Shown here one piece after another: positions 1 to 10,160 of a stretch of DNA of 64,000 nucleotides. Origin of the DNA: Limisphaerales bacterium (GTDB lineage: Bacteria; Verrucomicrobiota; Verrucomicrobiia; Limisphaerales; AAA164-E04); the NCBI GenBank assembly GCA_965242585.1, contig OZ251460.1, forward strand, positions 2,574,692 to 2,638,691. Direction: 5' to 3'. Within the stretch, counting starts at the first letter, position 1, and each line of letters begins with the position of its first letter. Under the pieces are notes generated by a model that saw only the letters and a list, made by a program, of their open reading frames with translations, made no database searches and was not told the origin of the DNA. A program made the position numbers and the translations under genes.

Positions 1-569
1 AGGCAATTTTTGACTTGTTGCTTGGTGGTTCCGGGTTCGAGCCCCATGAAGGTGTAGGGAAAGTTGTTGCCGATGTTGTTGTGCTGCGGCGGGAAATAAT
101 AGGATTCGGGCTTGCCTTCCTGTCCCACTAGTTTGGCCCACTTCTCCGACTGATGCATGTGATGCGGGATGGGTCCCATGTTGTCGAAAAATTTGGAATA
201 AACGGGCCATTTTCCGTACTGGTTCCAAATACGTTCCCCGATCAATTCTGCGCCCGACTCTTGGATGGCTTGTTGGAGAGTGAATCGCTCTTTGCCGGCG
301 ATTACGTAACTCAAGCCTTCGTCCGGAGTTCGGTTTTCGTTGGCCGCCGGCGTTGTTGAGGCAAACCAGCGTTCGTCAATGCCGCCGCGATGCAAACCGT
401 ACGCATAAAGGTCGTCGGGATGCAGTTTGAGTCGTTTTCCCGGTTGCAGAAAGGAACGCGGCACCCAACAGGGAGCCAGGCGAAGAAGTCCGCCGGTATC
501 TTCCAGTTGCGCCTCCACAATCTTTTTTACATTGGACGGGACGGTTTTTAAATCGGCCATGGTGTTCAT
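1..569 (-). CDS. Partial CDS (N-terminal ~189 aa, runs off the left edge): cupin-type sugar isomerase, class I mannose-6-phosphate-isomerase-like
   Basis: Absent from the ORF track because it has no stop in the window. My own minus-strand translation from ATG 569 (second in-frame ATG at 560) is stop-free: MNTMADLKTVPSNVKKIVEAQLEDTGGLLRLAPCWVPRSF...GPIPHHMHQSEKWAKLVGQEGKPESYYFPPQHNNIGNNFPYTFMGLEPG. It has a His-rich metal motif typical of PMI-like cupins and is divergent from the GH42 gene. Confidence 0.45.
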   Translation of the reverse strand, partial: MNTMADLKTVPSNVKKIVEAQLEDTGGLLRLAPCWVPRSFLQPGKRLKLHPDDLYAYGLHRGGIDERWFASTTPAANENRTPDEGLSYVIAGKERFTLQQAIQESGAELIGERIWNQYGKWPVYSKFFDNMGPIPHHMHQSEKWAKLVGQEGKPESYYFPPQHNNIGNNFPYTFMGLEPGTTKQQVKNC

Positions 570-827
570 ATTCCTTTGGGATCGCTCCGCCGTTCGAAAA
601 GCCTCCATTGGACTGCTTGAAACGGCTTGTTGAAAACCACAGACAATCTACTCATTCAGAATCCCGAATCGCAAGAGAAATTCCTCAAAATTCAAAAGAA
701 GCATCTGTCGGCGAAAGCGGACTTCGTGGAAATCGGCTTTTTGCCTCCCGACTCCTTGAAGATTGGCGTTGCGGTTTCTTTGCGGATGCCTTAGGGTGAG
801 CATTGGTTTTCAACTTTTGCTAGGATT

Positions 828-2909
828 ATGTATTTTGGAGTGGATTATCATCCGGAACATTGGGTTTATCCCTACGACGGAAACGCGGAAAACCCGGAAG
901 AGCGCTGGAAGAAAGACGCCGAGATGATGGCCGCCGCCAACGTGAACGTCATCCGCGTTGGCGAATACGTTTGGGGCTTGTGCGAGCCGGAGGAAGGCCG
1001 CTTCGAATTCGAATGGTTGTGGCGTCTCATGGACGTGATGAAAGGCCACAACATCGACGTCGTTTTGACCACTCCCACGGCCGCGCCGCCGATATGGCTG
1101 GCTCAGAAACACCCGGAAATTCTTCCCATTGACGAGCGAGGGCTTCCCTTCCACGAAGGCACCCGTCACGCCGTTTGCTACAATAGCGATCTGTTTTGGG
1201 ACTACTGCCGGAAGATTGTTCAAGCAATGGCCTCGAAACTGGGGAAACACGAGCGGTTGATCGCTTGGCAGATTGATTCAGGCATTGGAGGCCACACAAC
1301 CGAATTCTCCTTCAACGAAGAAACCAAAAGAGATTGGCACGCTTGGCTCAAAGCAAAATACTCGCGCGATGGAGACAAAGATGAACAAGAGTCCGTTGCC
1401 CGCCTGAACGAACTTATGGGAACCCGGTTTTGGGGGCAAATCGTCAGCCGATGGGAAGACGTCCCCATGCCAAAAGCGGCGCCCACGGTGCATAACCCGG
1501 CTCTGGTGCTTGATTGGATGCGGTTTTCCAGCGACACCATCGTGGCCTTTATTCGAATGCAGGCCGCGATTCTCAGAGAACTGACCCCGAACATTCCCGT
1601 CACGACGATGATGCGGGCGTTGTCGCGGCACTACGACCACTTCGACGTGGCCGAACAACTGGATTTTGTGTCTCTGGACAGTTACGCTACCATCAAATCC
1701 AAAGCCGCCGTCAACGCCATGGACATCGACATCCTCCGATCGATAAAGAAGAGAAACGTCAAAACGCCGGACGGAAGCGACTACGGCTTTTGGGTGATGG
1801 AGCAAAAAGCGGGCAACGTCAATTGGCAGGAAGTCAACTCCTTAGTTCGTCCCGGAGTGGTTCGGCTGTTCACCTATCAACTAATCTCGCGCGGCAGCGA
1901 CGGCGTCCTTTACTTCTTTTGGAGGCAACCGCGAATCGGCTCCGAGAAATTTTATGGCGGCGTGCTCAATCACCGCGGCGACGGCGATAATCGAACCTAT
2001 CGAGAAGTCAGCCAAATCGGCGAAGAGTTGAAACTTCTGAGCCCCGCGATCCAAGGCACAAAAGTTGTGGCCGAGACCTGCATTCTCTACACCCACGACA
2101 ATGCGTGGACTCTCAAACAGAAAATGCAGCCCACCCGCCACTTTCAACTTTGGGATCACATGCTCCGCTTTTACAGCGCATTTCATGACCGCAACATTCC
2201 CGTCGACTTCGCCCGGCCGACCGACGATCTCTCAAAATACAAACTCGTGGTGGCCCTCTCGCTTCATCAACTTGCCTGGGGAGAAGCGGACCATTTGAAA
2301 TTGTACGTCCAAAACGGAGGCACCCTCGTCGGCACATTCAACACCGGACTTGTGGACGAACACCATATTGCTCCCCGCGACGGAATGCCGCTCAACCTAA
2401 CAGACCTGTTCGGATTAGAAGTGGTCGAATTCGATCCGATTCCTCTTACAGAAGAAAATCACCTGAACATGAGAGGCGCTTTCCCAACAAGCCACCTGCA
2501 CCCAGCACAGCTCTGGTGCGACGTCATCGAACCCAAGGAATGCGAAGTCTTGGCCACGTTCGCCAAAGATTTTTACGCCGGCAAACCCGCCTTGACGATC
2601 AACACCTTCGGCCTTGGCCGCGCGATTTACATCGGCACCATGAGCCATCGCTTCTTCTACCTCGACTTAGTCAACTGGCTGCGACAACTTAACGGCCTGG
2701 CCGGACTTCTCAAAGTGCCGGAAGGCATCGAAGTGAGCTTGCGGCAAAAAGAAGGCATCAAAATTTACTTTTTGCTGAATCATCAAAATTCATCCGTTCG
2801 GCTTCAATTTTACAAGCCGGTCCACGATTTTCTCACCGGCACCACTTTTCAAGGCGCCTACGACTTGCCTGCCCACGGCGTTTTGGTCATTGATGAACAA
2901 CCGTCCTAA
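828..2909 (+). CDS. Glycoside hydrolase family 42 beta-galactosidase
   Basis: 693-aa ORF. MYFGVDYHPEHW, WGLCEPEEGRFEFEWL and TPTAAPPIWL, together with the length, match the GH42 pattern I recognise. Confidence 0.9.
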   Translation: MYFGVDYHPEHWVYPYDGNAENPEERWKKDAEMMAAANVNVIRVGEYVWGLCEPEEGRFEFEWLWRLMDVMKGHNIDVVLTTPTAAPPIWLAQKHPEILPIDERGLPFHEGTRHAVCYNSDLFWDYCRKIVQAMASKLGKHERLIAWQIDSGIGGHTTEFSFNEETKRDWHAWLKAKYSRDGDKDEQESVARLNELMGTRFWGQIVSRWEDVPMPKAAPTVHNPALVLDWMRFSSDTIVAFIRMQAAILRELTPNIPVTTMMRALSRHYDHFDVAEQLDFVSLDSYATIKSKAAVNAMDIDILRSIKKRNVKTPDGSDYGFWVMEQKAGNVNWQEVNSLVRPGVVRLFTYQLISRGSDGVLYFFWRQPRIGSEKFYGGVLNHRGDGDNRTYREVSQIGEELKLLSPAIQGTKVVAETCILYTHDNAWTLKQKMQPTRHFQLWDHMLRFYSAFHDRNIPVDFARPTDDLSKYKLVVALSLHQLAWGEADHLKLYVQNGGTLVGTFNTGLVDEHHIAPRDGMPLNLTDLFGLEVVEFDPIPLTEENHLNMRGAFPTSHLHPAQLWCDVIEPKECEVLATFAKDFYAGKPALTINTFGLGRAIYIGTMSHRFFYLDLVNWLRQLNGLAGLLKVPEGIEVSLRQKEGIKIYFLLNHQNSSVRLQFYKPVHDFLTGTTFQGAYDLPAHGVLVIDEQPS

Positions 2910-3312
2910 ATCTTGCCCCATCGACTCTCCGTCCGCGCCCGATAGCTTCCATACGGGCAAGGCGGGAACTTTGGCCAATTGGTGGGGCGTGCATCCCTCT
3001 GAAGCCGAAGTTCCTCTGCGATACCGTCCCCAAACCTTGCAAGACTTGACTCGCTCTTTGATGAAAAGGCTGAGATTCAAGCAGCGACAATCAGAAACAG
3101 AAATCCTTCGCGTCTGGTCCGAATCCATGGATCCAACTGTCGCCGCTCACGCCGTTCCCGCCGGTTTTCGCAACGGCACTCTTTTCGTAAAAGTGGACAG
3201 CAACGTCTGGCTACATGAAATCGTTCACTACAGGCAAAAAGAAATCCTCGATCGTTTGCAGAGCAGTTTCGGCAGGAAGAAAATCCAAAAGCTCTCCTTC
3301 AGAATCGGGTAA
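2890..3312 (+). CDS. DUF721 / DciA-like protein
   Basis: 140-aa ORF overlapping the GH42 stop. The C-terminal core ILRVWSESMDPTVAAHAVPAGFRNGTLFVKVDSNVWLHEIVHYRQKEILDRL matches the DUF721 pattern (W..ivg..la.ht.p..l.dgtL.v.v.s..w..eL). The exact start is uncertain. Confidence 0.6.
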   Translation: MMNNRPKSCPIDSPSAPDSFHTGKAGTLANWWGVHPSEAEVPLRYRPQTLQDLTRSLMKRLRFKQRQSETEILRVWSESMDPTVAAHAVPAGFRNGTLFVKVDSNVWLHEIVHYRQKEILDRLQSSFGRKKIQKLSFRIG

Positions 3313-3380
3313 AAAAAATCCGCCCTCACCGTCGCCAATTCTGGCGAGATAAATCTTTTCCACCAGTTTCGGCAGTCACT

Positions 3381-3416
3381 AAAAAACCGCCGCGCTGAAA
3401 GAAGGCGCGGCGGTTT
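3381..3416 (-). terminator. Rho-independent terminator downstream of the PEP-CTERM gene (possibly bidirectional)
   Basis: GC-rich hairpin CCGCCGCGC-(9 nt loop)-GCGCGGCGG at about 3387-3413. It is preceded on the + strand by A6, which is a U-tract on the minus strand, and lies just past the stop of 3444..4148(-). Confidence 0.7.
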
Positions 3417-3443
3417 CCAAAGAAATTCGGAGAACGGTTGGTT

Positions 3444-4148
3444 TTACTTCCTTCGGCGCAACAGGAGGAATGCGGCGGCGCCCAAAATCGAGAGCAGGAT
3501 TGCGCTCGGTTCGGGAACGGCAACAATCTCAAGGGCGAAGTTTCCCGTTGTGCCTTCAATCCCGCGCAAAGTCCAACTGACGTTGCCTTCGTCGTCTTCG
3601 GTACTGATCCAAAAGTCGTTTGAACTCTGGCCGGGTTCCGGCGGATTCCGGGTGATGATGCCGACTTCCTGTCCTTCGTTCAATCCGCTGAACTCAACCG
3701 TTACGGTTACGCGATTGGGCAAAATCGCCGGGGTAATATCCTCTCCCTCGATTAACAATGACCCAGTGCCCGGACTCAGCACCTCCAGATTATCCAAATC
3801 AAACGAGTGTCCGAGCAAAATAGAACGGCTTTCGTAGAGGATGGTTCCCGGCTCATAAGTGAAAGCCAAATCTGGATGGGCGGGGCCGTTGTTCTGCCGA
3901 ACTCGAATCACCATTGAACCGGCGACTTCGGAGGTGTAATACTCCAATCCAATGCCGCTTAGGATGAAATTGTCCTCCCATTCGTCGGAACCAAAGGCGA
4001 TTTCATCACCAAATTCCTCAGATCGGAAAGCCGCTCCTCCCACCGGTTGTGAATTATTTAGATAGATTACTTGCTGTGCCTGCGCATTGAGCGCAACTCC
4101 CACGCTAGCGATGAACGCTAACAACTTTCCTGTCGATGCTGTCTTCAT
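3444..4148 (-). CDS. PEP-CTERM sorting-domain secreted protein
   Basis: N-terminal signal peptide (MKTASTGKLLAFIASVGVALNAQAQ). The C-terminus VPEPSAILLSILGAAAFLLLRRRK has the PEP motif, a TM helix and a basic tail. Confidence 0.85.
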   Translation of the reverse strand: MKTASTGKLLAFIASVGVALNAQAQQVIYLNNSQPVGGAAFRSEEFGDEIAFGSDEWEDNFILSGIGLEYYTSEVAGSMVIRVRQNNGPAHPDLAFTYEPGTILYESRSILLGHSFDLDNLEVLSPGTGSLLIEGEDITPAILPNRVTVTVEFSGLNEGQEVGIITRNPPEPGQSSNDFWISTEDDEGNVSWTLRGIEGTTGNFALEIVAVPEPSAILLSILGAAAFLLLRRRK

Positions 4149-4357
4149 AAATACTGCTATTTTCTTAGTTTCTTAGTTCTTAGTCCGTTATCTGTATTGC
4201 CAATTTGCCGATTTTCTCAACGTTGTCAACATTAATTCGCAAAAATATTTCGGCTATTTTGGACGTACTCGGTGCAAGGTCAAGGATTTTTAGTACTTTT
4301 TTCATACTTTTTTTCGTTTTTTTAGGCCGAATTAGCTCTTTTTTACTCTTTTTTTAG

Positions 4358-5683
4358 TTAGGAGCATTGCCGGCGGATGATTTTTCCCAGTTTCTTTATG
4401 CCGGTTTGGATTTGTTCGAGAGGGGCACTGCCGAAGCTGAGGCGCATTTCGGAGCTTGGTTTGGGGCGGGCGGGATCGTCTGCATAGGCATATTCGCCGG
4501 GGACGTAAAGGACGCCGTTTGCCAAAACTTCTTGAAAGAAGGCGGTTTGGGGTCCTGTTTTGACTTTTTGAGGCAGCTTAGTCCAAAGGCAGAGACCGCC
4601 TTGGGGGGCTGCGGTTGTGGTTTGCGCTGGGAAATGCTCTTGAACGGCGTCGAACATGGCTTGCCCTTTTTGGGCGTATTGCTCGGTAATTTTTGCCAAA
4701 TGATCGGCGTAGGCGCAGGAATTCTGTTTTTCATCTTCCGCGTAGTTCTTTGGGTCCAGCGCTGCGGCCAGGATTTTCTGCAACAGGTGCGCCGTGCCAA
4801 AGTCGTGATTGCCTTTGATGTTCAAGACGACGTTGCGGAGTTCCGACGGGAGAAGGCCGAAGCCGATTCGAATGCCGGCGGCGAAAGGTTTGCTGTAGGT
4901 GCCGGTGTAAATGACTCGCTCCCGAAGGTCTGCGTCAACGAGCAACGAAGGAGGCGGTTGAAAGTTGGGGAAGCAGAGTTCGCGATAAGCGGCGTCTTCC
5001 AAATAATAAATCGGGTGTCCGGCTTTGGGTTCATAACGGCGGAGGAGTTCGGCTGCCGCTTGCTTCTTTTCCAATCTGGTCGTGATTCCGGTGGGGTTTT
5101 GGAAGTAGGTGACGGAATAAAGGAGTTTCAACCGCTGGATTTGCCCATTGCGGCACAACGTTTGGAGAACGCGTTCGAGAGACTCAATAGAAAGTCCGTC
5201 GGATTCCATGCGAACGGCTCGCGCTTGAATTCCACGGCTTTGCATGATGCCGAGAAAGACAAAGTAGGTTGGGTCTTCAACAAGAATGACGTCGCCGGGA
5301 TTGCAGAGCGCTTCGGCCAGCATGTAGAGCAACTGCTGCGAACCGTGGGTGATGATGACGGAGTTCGCCTCGCTGGGTTGGGCGGCGCGGCCGTCCAAGG
5401 CGGCAATTCGATTGGCGGTAAGCTGCCTCAGCTGTTCGTCTCCTTCGTTGGCGCCGTATTGAAGGGCGGCGCGCGCTTGATTTGGGTCACGGAGGATTTT
5501 CTCGATCAGTCGATGGATTTCTCCGACGGGAAGAGTCGAATTGTCTGTGAACCCGGCCGCAAAGGAGATCAAGTCCGGCTGCCGAAGCGCTTGTCGCATG
5601 AGCCACAAGATGGGCGGCGATTCCGTGCGCTGTCCCAGTTGCGAGAAGTGTTTATTAGTGTCGTTGTTTTTGCCTTGAGGCAT
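4358..5683 (-). CDS. PLP-dependent aminotransferase, class I/II fold
   Basis: 441 aa. It has a fold-type I pattern with the PLP-lysine context YTGTYSKPFAAGIRIGF and resembles 2-aminoadipate/aromatic aminotransferase-like enzymes. The 487-aa ORF on the opposite strand is a shadow ORF. Confidence 0.85.
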   Translation of the reverse strand: MPQGKNNDTNKHFSQLGQRTESPPILWLMRQALRQPDLISFAAGFTDNSTLPVGEIHRLIEKILRDPNQARAALQYGANEGDEQLRQLTANRIAALDGRAAQPSEANSVIITHGSQQLLYMLAEALCNPGDVILVEDPTYFVFLGIMQSRGIQARAVRMESDGLSIESLERVLQTLCRNGQIQRLKLLYSVTYFQNPTGITTRLEKKQAAAELLRRYEPKAGHPIYYLEDAAYRELCFPNFQPPPSLLVDADLRERVIYTGTYSKPFAAGIRIGFGLLPSELRNVVLNIKGNHDFGTAHLLQKILAAALDPKNYAEDEKQNSCAYADHLAKITEQYAQKGQAMFDAVQEHFPAQTTTAAPQGGLCLWTKLPQKVKTGPQTAFFQEVLANGVLYVPGEYAYADDPARPKPSSEMRLSFGSAPLEQIQTGIKKLGKIIRRQCS

Positions 5684-5842
5684 CGGGGCGCCCAGAATTG
5701 GGATTTTTTCTTCCGATGTCGAGAAACTTCGCTGCGGCGGGATTTGAGGCGAACCATGTTGACAAAACGCGGCAATTGCGGGATTTTCTTTCTTCCGGGA
5801 TGGGCGGCCAGAATGTTGCCAAAATCGTGAAAGGCGAGCGAA

Positions 5843-7339
5843 ATGTTGGACACGGAGAATCTTGACACTTCACAAAAAGCGTTTCAGTTGAATCTGGACA
5901 ACGCCGTTTACGGCACGCTTGTGGAAATCGGCGCGGGGCAAGAAGTCGCCCGCTGGTTCTTTCGCGTCGGCGGCGCTTCGGGCAGCATCGCAAAAACTAT
6001 GTCGGCCTACGACATGCAGTTCAGCGACGCCATTTACGGCTCCGCAGAACGTTATGTGAGCCGCCAGCGCCTTACCACAATGCTGAATCATGAGTTTAAT
6101 CTGTTGATGGAACGGCTCGACCAAAAACGAGGGGAGTCTTCCCGCTTCTTCGCCTTTGCCAACACCGTGGCGGCGAAGAGTTTTCGCCGAAGGTCGGACG
6201 CCCACGGCTGGATGGGCGTGCAATTTCAACACCAACCGCGGGCGAAGCCTTCGCAGGTTATTATTCACGCCCGGCTGTTGGACCCCGAAAACTTTCAACA
6301 GCAGGACGCCCTTGGTTTGGCCGGCGTGAATTTGATTTACGGCGCCGCAAAACTCTTCTCTCGTCCCGACGCCTTGATCCGCTCTCTGCTGGACGGCCTG
6401 ACGCGCAAACGCATCGAGATTGACATGATAAAAATGACGGGTCCGGCCTTTCCGGGAATCGACAACCGTCTAATGGCGCTCAAACTCGTCCAATTGGGCC
6501 TTACCCAAGCCGCTATGTTCACCGCCGGCGGCGAAGTGGTGCAACCGGCCGAAGTCCTCTACAAAAGGCCCATCCTGCTGGAGCGCGGCTCCTTCCGTCC
6601 GCCTTCCAAAATGCACCTCGACATGCTGGAATGCGGCAAGGAACGCTTCCGAAAGGAGCCGGGAAACACCGGAGAAGAGCCGATTGTTCTCTTCGAAATG
6701 AACATGAAGGACGCGGTGACGTTCGCGCTGGAACAAGTCGCCAAAATCCAAGAAGACCGCCTGCCGGACGAATCCTCCACCAGCTTGGACTCGCAAGACT
6801 TTTTGGAGCGCGCCGACATCCTGTCCACGCTCGGCCATCCCGTCTTGATTTCCAACTACTTCCGATACTATCGGCTGGCCGGCTACCTCTTCCGCTACAC
6901 CGACAAAATGGTGGGGCTCGTTCTCGGCCTGCCCAACCTCCAAGAACTGTTTGAAGAAAAATACTATGCCGATCTCTCCGGCGGCATTCTTGAATCCTTC
7001 GGGCGAATGTTCAAAAACGACTTGAAGATTTACGCCTATCCCACCCGAAGTCCGGCCGGCGAAATCCTCACCGCCGAAAATCTCCAAGTAGCGCCCCACC
7101 TGCGGCACCTCTACGCTCACCTCTACGAAAACAACCGCATCGAATGCCTGCGCAATTTCCAAGAAGCCTGCGTCGGAATCAGCCACCAGGAAGTTCACGA
7201 CGGCATCCGAAGAGACAACGGCGACTGGGAAAACGCCGTCCCGCCGGACATCGTCAAACAAATCAAAGCGCGAGGCGTTTTCGGGTTTCCCCAAAAAGAC
7301 CCCCCGACAACAGCCGAGAGCCTCGAAGAAAAGCGCTAA
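5843..7339 (+). CDS. Conserved hypothetical protein (function unknown)
   Basis: 498-aa ORF with protein-like composition. I recall the N-terminus MLDTENLDTSQKAFQLNLDNAVYGTLVEIGAGQEVARWFF from a widespread uncharacterised (often mis-annotated) family. I can name no catalytic motif. Confidence 0.6.
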   Translation: MLDTENLDTSQKAFQLNLDNAVYGTLVEIGAGQEVARWFFRVGGASGSIAKTMSAYDMQFSDAIYGSAERYVSRQRLTTMLNHEFNLLMERLDQKRGESSRFFAFANTVAAKSFRRRSDAHGWMGVQFQHQPRAKPSQVIIHARLLDPENFQQQDALGLAGVNLIYGAAKLFSRPDALIRSLLDGLTRKRIEIDMIKMTGPAFPGIDNRLMALKLVQLGLTQAAMFTAGGEVVQPAEVLYKRPILLERGSFRPPSKMHLDMLECGKERFRKEPGNTGEEPIVLFEMNMKDAVTFALEQVAKIQEDRLPDESSTSLDSQDFLERADILSTLGHPVLISNYFRYYRLAGYLFRYTDKMVGLVLGLPNLQELFEEKYYADLSGGILESFGRMFKNDLKIYAYPTRSPAGEILTAENLQVAPHLRHLYAHLYENNRIECLRNFQEACVGISHQEVHDGIRRDNGDWENAVPPDIVKQIKARGVFGFPQKDPPTTAESLEEKR

Positions 7340-7717
7340 TGCCGCTTATGGAAACAAGGCCGACGAAACTGCCTCCACCGGTGGCGAATTTGTTTCCCCG
7401 TCGCAAAATCGTTGACGCGGCAAACAAGCTGCGCTTGGGACACTTCCTTGCCCTCTTTCGCAAAATTTCCGTGAATTTAATTCCTCTCCGCTTCCCTGAA
7501 GATCAATGGCGCAGTCAAAATACCGTCCAACAGCGGAGTGGTCGGCGAGAATATTGCGTCGAATTTTGCGGCTCGATTTGAACAACCAGCACCAGAATCC
7601 GGCCTTTAGCCGGGCAAATTGCCGCCGCGCCTCTGTTCCGACAATTTCGGCACTCTCCGCATCGTTGCACTTTTGGTTTGTCGGAAGCAACGGTTGTGGG
7701 CAATCTTTCTCCCTTTT

Positions 7718-9040
7718 ATGAGGCGATTGAACGTGGCCATCCTTGGAGGCGGAACAGTCGGCGGCGGCGTGTTTCGGGCGCTTCGCCGCAATGGATCCCT
7801 TCTCGCCGCTCGGATCGGCGTCCGCCTTCGGGTCAATCACGTCGTCGTCCGTCATCCGCGTAAACAGCGCTCGATTCGGTTTCCCGACCGCCTAATTGGC
7901 ACCGATTGGGAAGCGGCCGTCCGCGATCCCAACACCGACGTCGTCGTCGAACTGATTGGAGGCACCTCCGTTGCCAAGTCCGTTGTGGAAACCGCCCTCA
8001 GCCTCGGCAAGCCCGTCGTCACCGCCAACAAAGCCCTGCTGTCCGAACACGGAGAATCCCTCTTCACAATGGCGGCGTCCAACAGCGCCGGACTTTACTA
8101 TGAAGCCAGCGTCGCCGGCGGCATTCCAATCATCAAAGTGCTGCGAGAAAGTTTGGCAGGCAATCGTTTCCGCCGGATTTACGGCATCCTCAACGGAACT
8201 TGCAACTACATCCTCACCCAAATGGAGGAAGCCGGAGGCGATTTTGCCGCCGTTTTGGCCGAAGCCAAAAAAAAAGGCTATGCCGAGTCCGACGCCTCTC
8301 TGGATGTGGACGGTTTGGACGCCATGCACAAAGCGGGCCTTCTTGCCTCGCTCGCCCACGGTTTTTGGGTGCGCCCCAAATGGATTCACGTGGAAGGCAT
8401 TCGGCAAATTTCTCGGCTAGATATCGAGTTCGCCGCCCGGCTCGGCTACAAAATCAAACTTTTGGCCTCCGTCTGCTCGCTTTCCTCCCCCCTACGTTCG
8501 GCCGATTGCCCTCAAATTCAAGTGTCCGTCGGCCCCGCGCTTATCCCTTGCTCCCACGTGCTGTCCAGCGTCCGCGGCGTCTTCAACGCTGTCTTCGTCC
8601 ACGGCGACGTGGCTGGCGAAACCCTTTACTATGGACGGGGCGCCGGACAAGACGCTACCGCCAGCGCCGTCTTGAGCGACATTGCCGCCGCCTCGTTGGA
8701 CTACGGGAGCCATTCTCCCCTCCGCTTCCCGGCCTTTTCCTTTCACGCTTCGGAAGGGCAGGTCATTCCGTGGGAAGAATCCGTCAGCGAATACTACCTC
8801 CGCCTCACCGTTGTGGACCAACCCGGCACCATGGCTCAAATTTCCAACGTGCTTGCTTGTCGAAACATTGGAATCTCCTCCATCGTCCAGCCGGAAGGAC
8901 ACGAAGGCGCCTCCGTACCCTTGATCCTCATGATTCACGACGCCGCTGCAGGCGAAATGCTCCAAGCGCTGGAAGAAATTCGCCGCTTAAGCGTCGTCAA
9001 ATCCCCTCCAAAAATGATTCGCGCCGAACACTTTCGCTGA
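7718..9040 (+). CDS. hom: Homoserine dehydrogenase
   Basis: NAD-binding loop MRRLNVAILGGGTVGGGV, a homoserine dehydrogenase catalytic core and a C-terminal ACT-like domain. I moved the start from the track's 7619 to ATG 7718, because the extra 33 aa are not homologous-looking. Confidence 0.9.
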   Translation: MRRLNVAILGGGTVGGGVFRALRRNGSLLAARIGVRLRVNHVVVRHPRKQRSIRFPDRLIGTDWEAAVRDPNTDVVVELIGGTSVAKSVVETALSLGKPVVTANKALLSEHGESLFTMAASNSAGLYYEASVAGGIPIIKVLRESLAGNRFRRIYGILNGTCNYILTQMEEAGGDFAAVLAEAKKKGYAESDASLDVDGLDAMHKAGLLASLAHGFWVRPKWIHVEGIRQISRLDIEFAARLGYKIKLLASVCSLSSPLRSADCPQIQVSVGPALIPCSHVLSSVRGVFNAVFVHGDVAGETLYYGRGAGQDATASAVLSDIAAASLDYGSHSPLRFPAFSFHASEGQVIPWEESVSEYYLRLTVVDQPGTMAQISNVLACRNIGISSIVQPEGHEGASVPLILMIHDAAAGEMLQALEEIRRLSVVKSPPKMIRAEHFR

Positions 9041-9042
9041 CA

Positions 9043-10128
9043 ATGCCCGCTTCCCCACTCCATGCGCCCTCCCGCTGGCAAGGCGTCATTCAGCGCTACG
9101 CCGAATTCCTGCCGGTTTCGGATTCCACGCCGATCGTCTCCTTGTGCGAAGGCAACACTCCCTTAATTCCGGCGGACAACTTTGCGGAAGCTGTCGGCGC
9201 CAAGTGCAAACTCTACCTCAAATACGAAGGACTGAACCCCACTGCCTCGTTCAAAGACCGAGGCATGACCGTGGCCATCAGCAAAGCCTGCGAAAAAGGC
9301 GCCCAAGCCGTCGTCTGCGCCAGCACCGGCAACACCTCCGCTTCCGCCGCCGCCTACGCCGCCCGCGCCAAACTCAAGTGCGTCGTCGTCCTGCCGCACG
9401 GCAACATCGCTATGGGCAAACTCTCCCAAGCCCTCATCTACGGCGCCCAAACCATCGCCGTCGCCGGCAACTTCGACGCCGCCCTGCGCCTCGTCCGTGA
9501 ACTCGCCTCCATCGCTCCCGTCGAAATCGTCAACAGCGTCAACCCCGTCCGCATCCAAGGCCAAAAAACCGCCGCCTTCGAAATCTGCGACCAACTCGGC
9601 AGAGCGCCAGACTTCCACCTCCTGCCCGTCGGCAACGCCGGCAACATCACCGCCTACTGGCAAGGCTTCCAAGAATACTTCCGCCACCGCCGCACAAAGC
9701 AAAAACCCCAAATGTGCGGCTTCCAAGCTGCCGGCGCCGCCCCCATCGTAGACGGTCGTCCCATCGAAAAACCCAAAACCGTCGCCTCCGCCATCCAAAT
9801 CGGCAACCCCGCCAGCTGGAACGGAGCCATCCAAGCCTCCCAAGAATCCGGCGGCCTCATCGCCAAAGTCACCGACAACGAAATCCTCCACGCCTACCGA
9901 AAAATCGCCCAAACCGACGGCGTCTTCGTCGAACCAGCCTGCGCCGCCCCCCTAGCCGGCTTCATCCAAAACATCCGCAACGGCCGCATCCCCGAAGGCA
10001 GCCTTGTCACCGCTACCATGACCGGACACGGACTCAAAGACCCCGACTGCGCCCTCGCCGCCTCCGGCAAAGAACCAGAACTCGTTCAACCCAACTCCGC
10101 CGCCCTCATCAAAGCCCTCGGCATGTAG
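9043..10128 (+). CDS. thrC: Threonine synthase
   Basis: PLP-lysine motif NPTASFKDRGM and the CEGNTPLIP motif. The true start is ATG 9043 (MPASPLHAPSRWQ), 2 nt after the hom stop. The track ORF 8200..10128 is an upstream read-through of a stop-poor frame. Confidence 0.9.
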   Translation: MPASPLHAPSRWQGVIQRYAEFLPVSDSTPIVSLCEGNTPLIPADNFAEAVGAKCKLYLKYEGLNPTASFKDRGMTVAISKACEKGAQAVVCASTGNTSASAAAYAARAKLKCVVVLPHGNIAMGKLSQALIYGAQTIAVAGNFDAALRLVRELASIAPVEIVNSVNPVRIQGQKTAAFEICDQLGRAPDFHLLPVGNAGNITAYWQGFQEYFRHRRTKQKPQMCGFQAAGAAPIVDGRPIEKPKTVASAIQIGNPASWNGAIQASQESGGLIAKVTDNEILHAYRKIAQTDGVFVEPACAAPLAGFIQNIRNGRIPEGSLVTATMTGHGLKDPDCALAASGKEPELVQPNSAALIKALGM

Positions 10129-10160
10129 CCGACAAACCCGTTTCCCCCGCCTCCGCAACA

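Noticed and set aside
27-45. GGTTCCGGGTTCGAGCCCC, which resembles a tRNA T-arm
   Set aside because: The flanks do not form a T-stem or acceptor stem, and the segment lies inside a continuous coding frame (..FMGLEPGTTKQ..).
4367-5830. 487-aa ORF on the + strand covering the whole aminotransferase locus
   Set aside because: It is the antisense shadow of a well-supported minus-strand gene. Its G/A/R/V-rich low-information composition is typical of stop-depleted antisense frames, and it has no motif.
7346-7855. 169-aa minus-strand ORF, plus small + strand ORFs, in the 380-nt gap upstream of hom
   Set aside because: It has no motifs and overlaps the hom N-terminus. I also looked for an amino-acid leader or riboswitch here and could not support one by eye.
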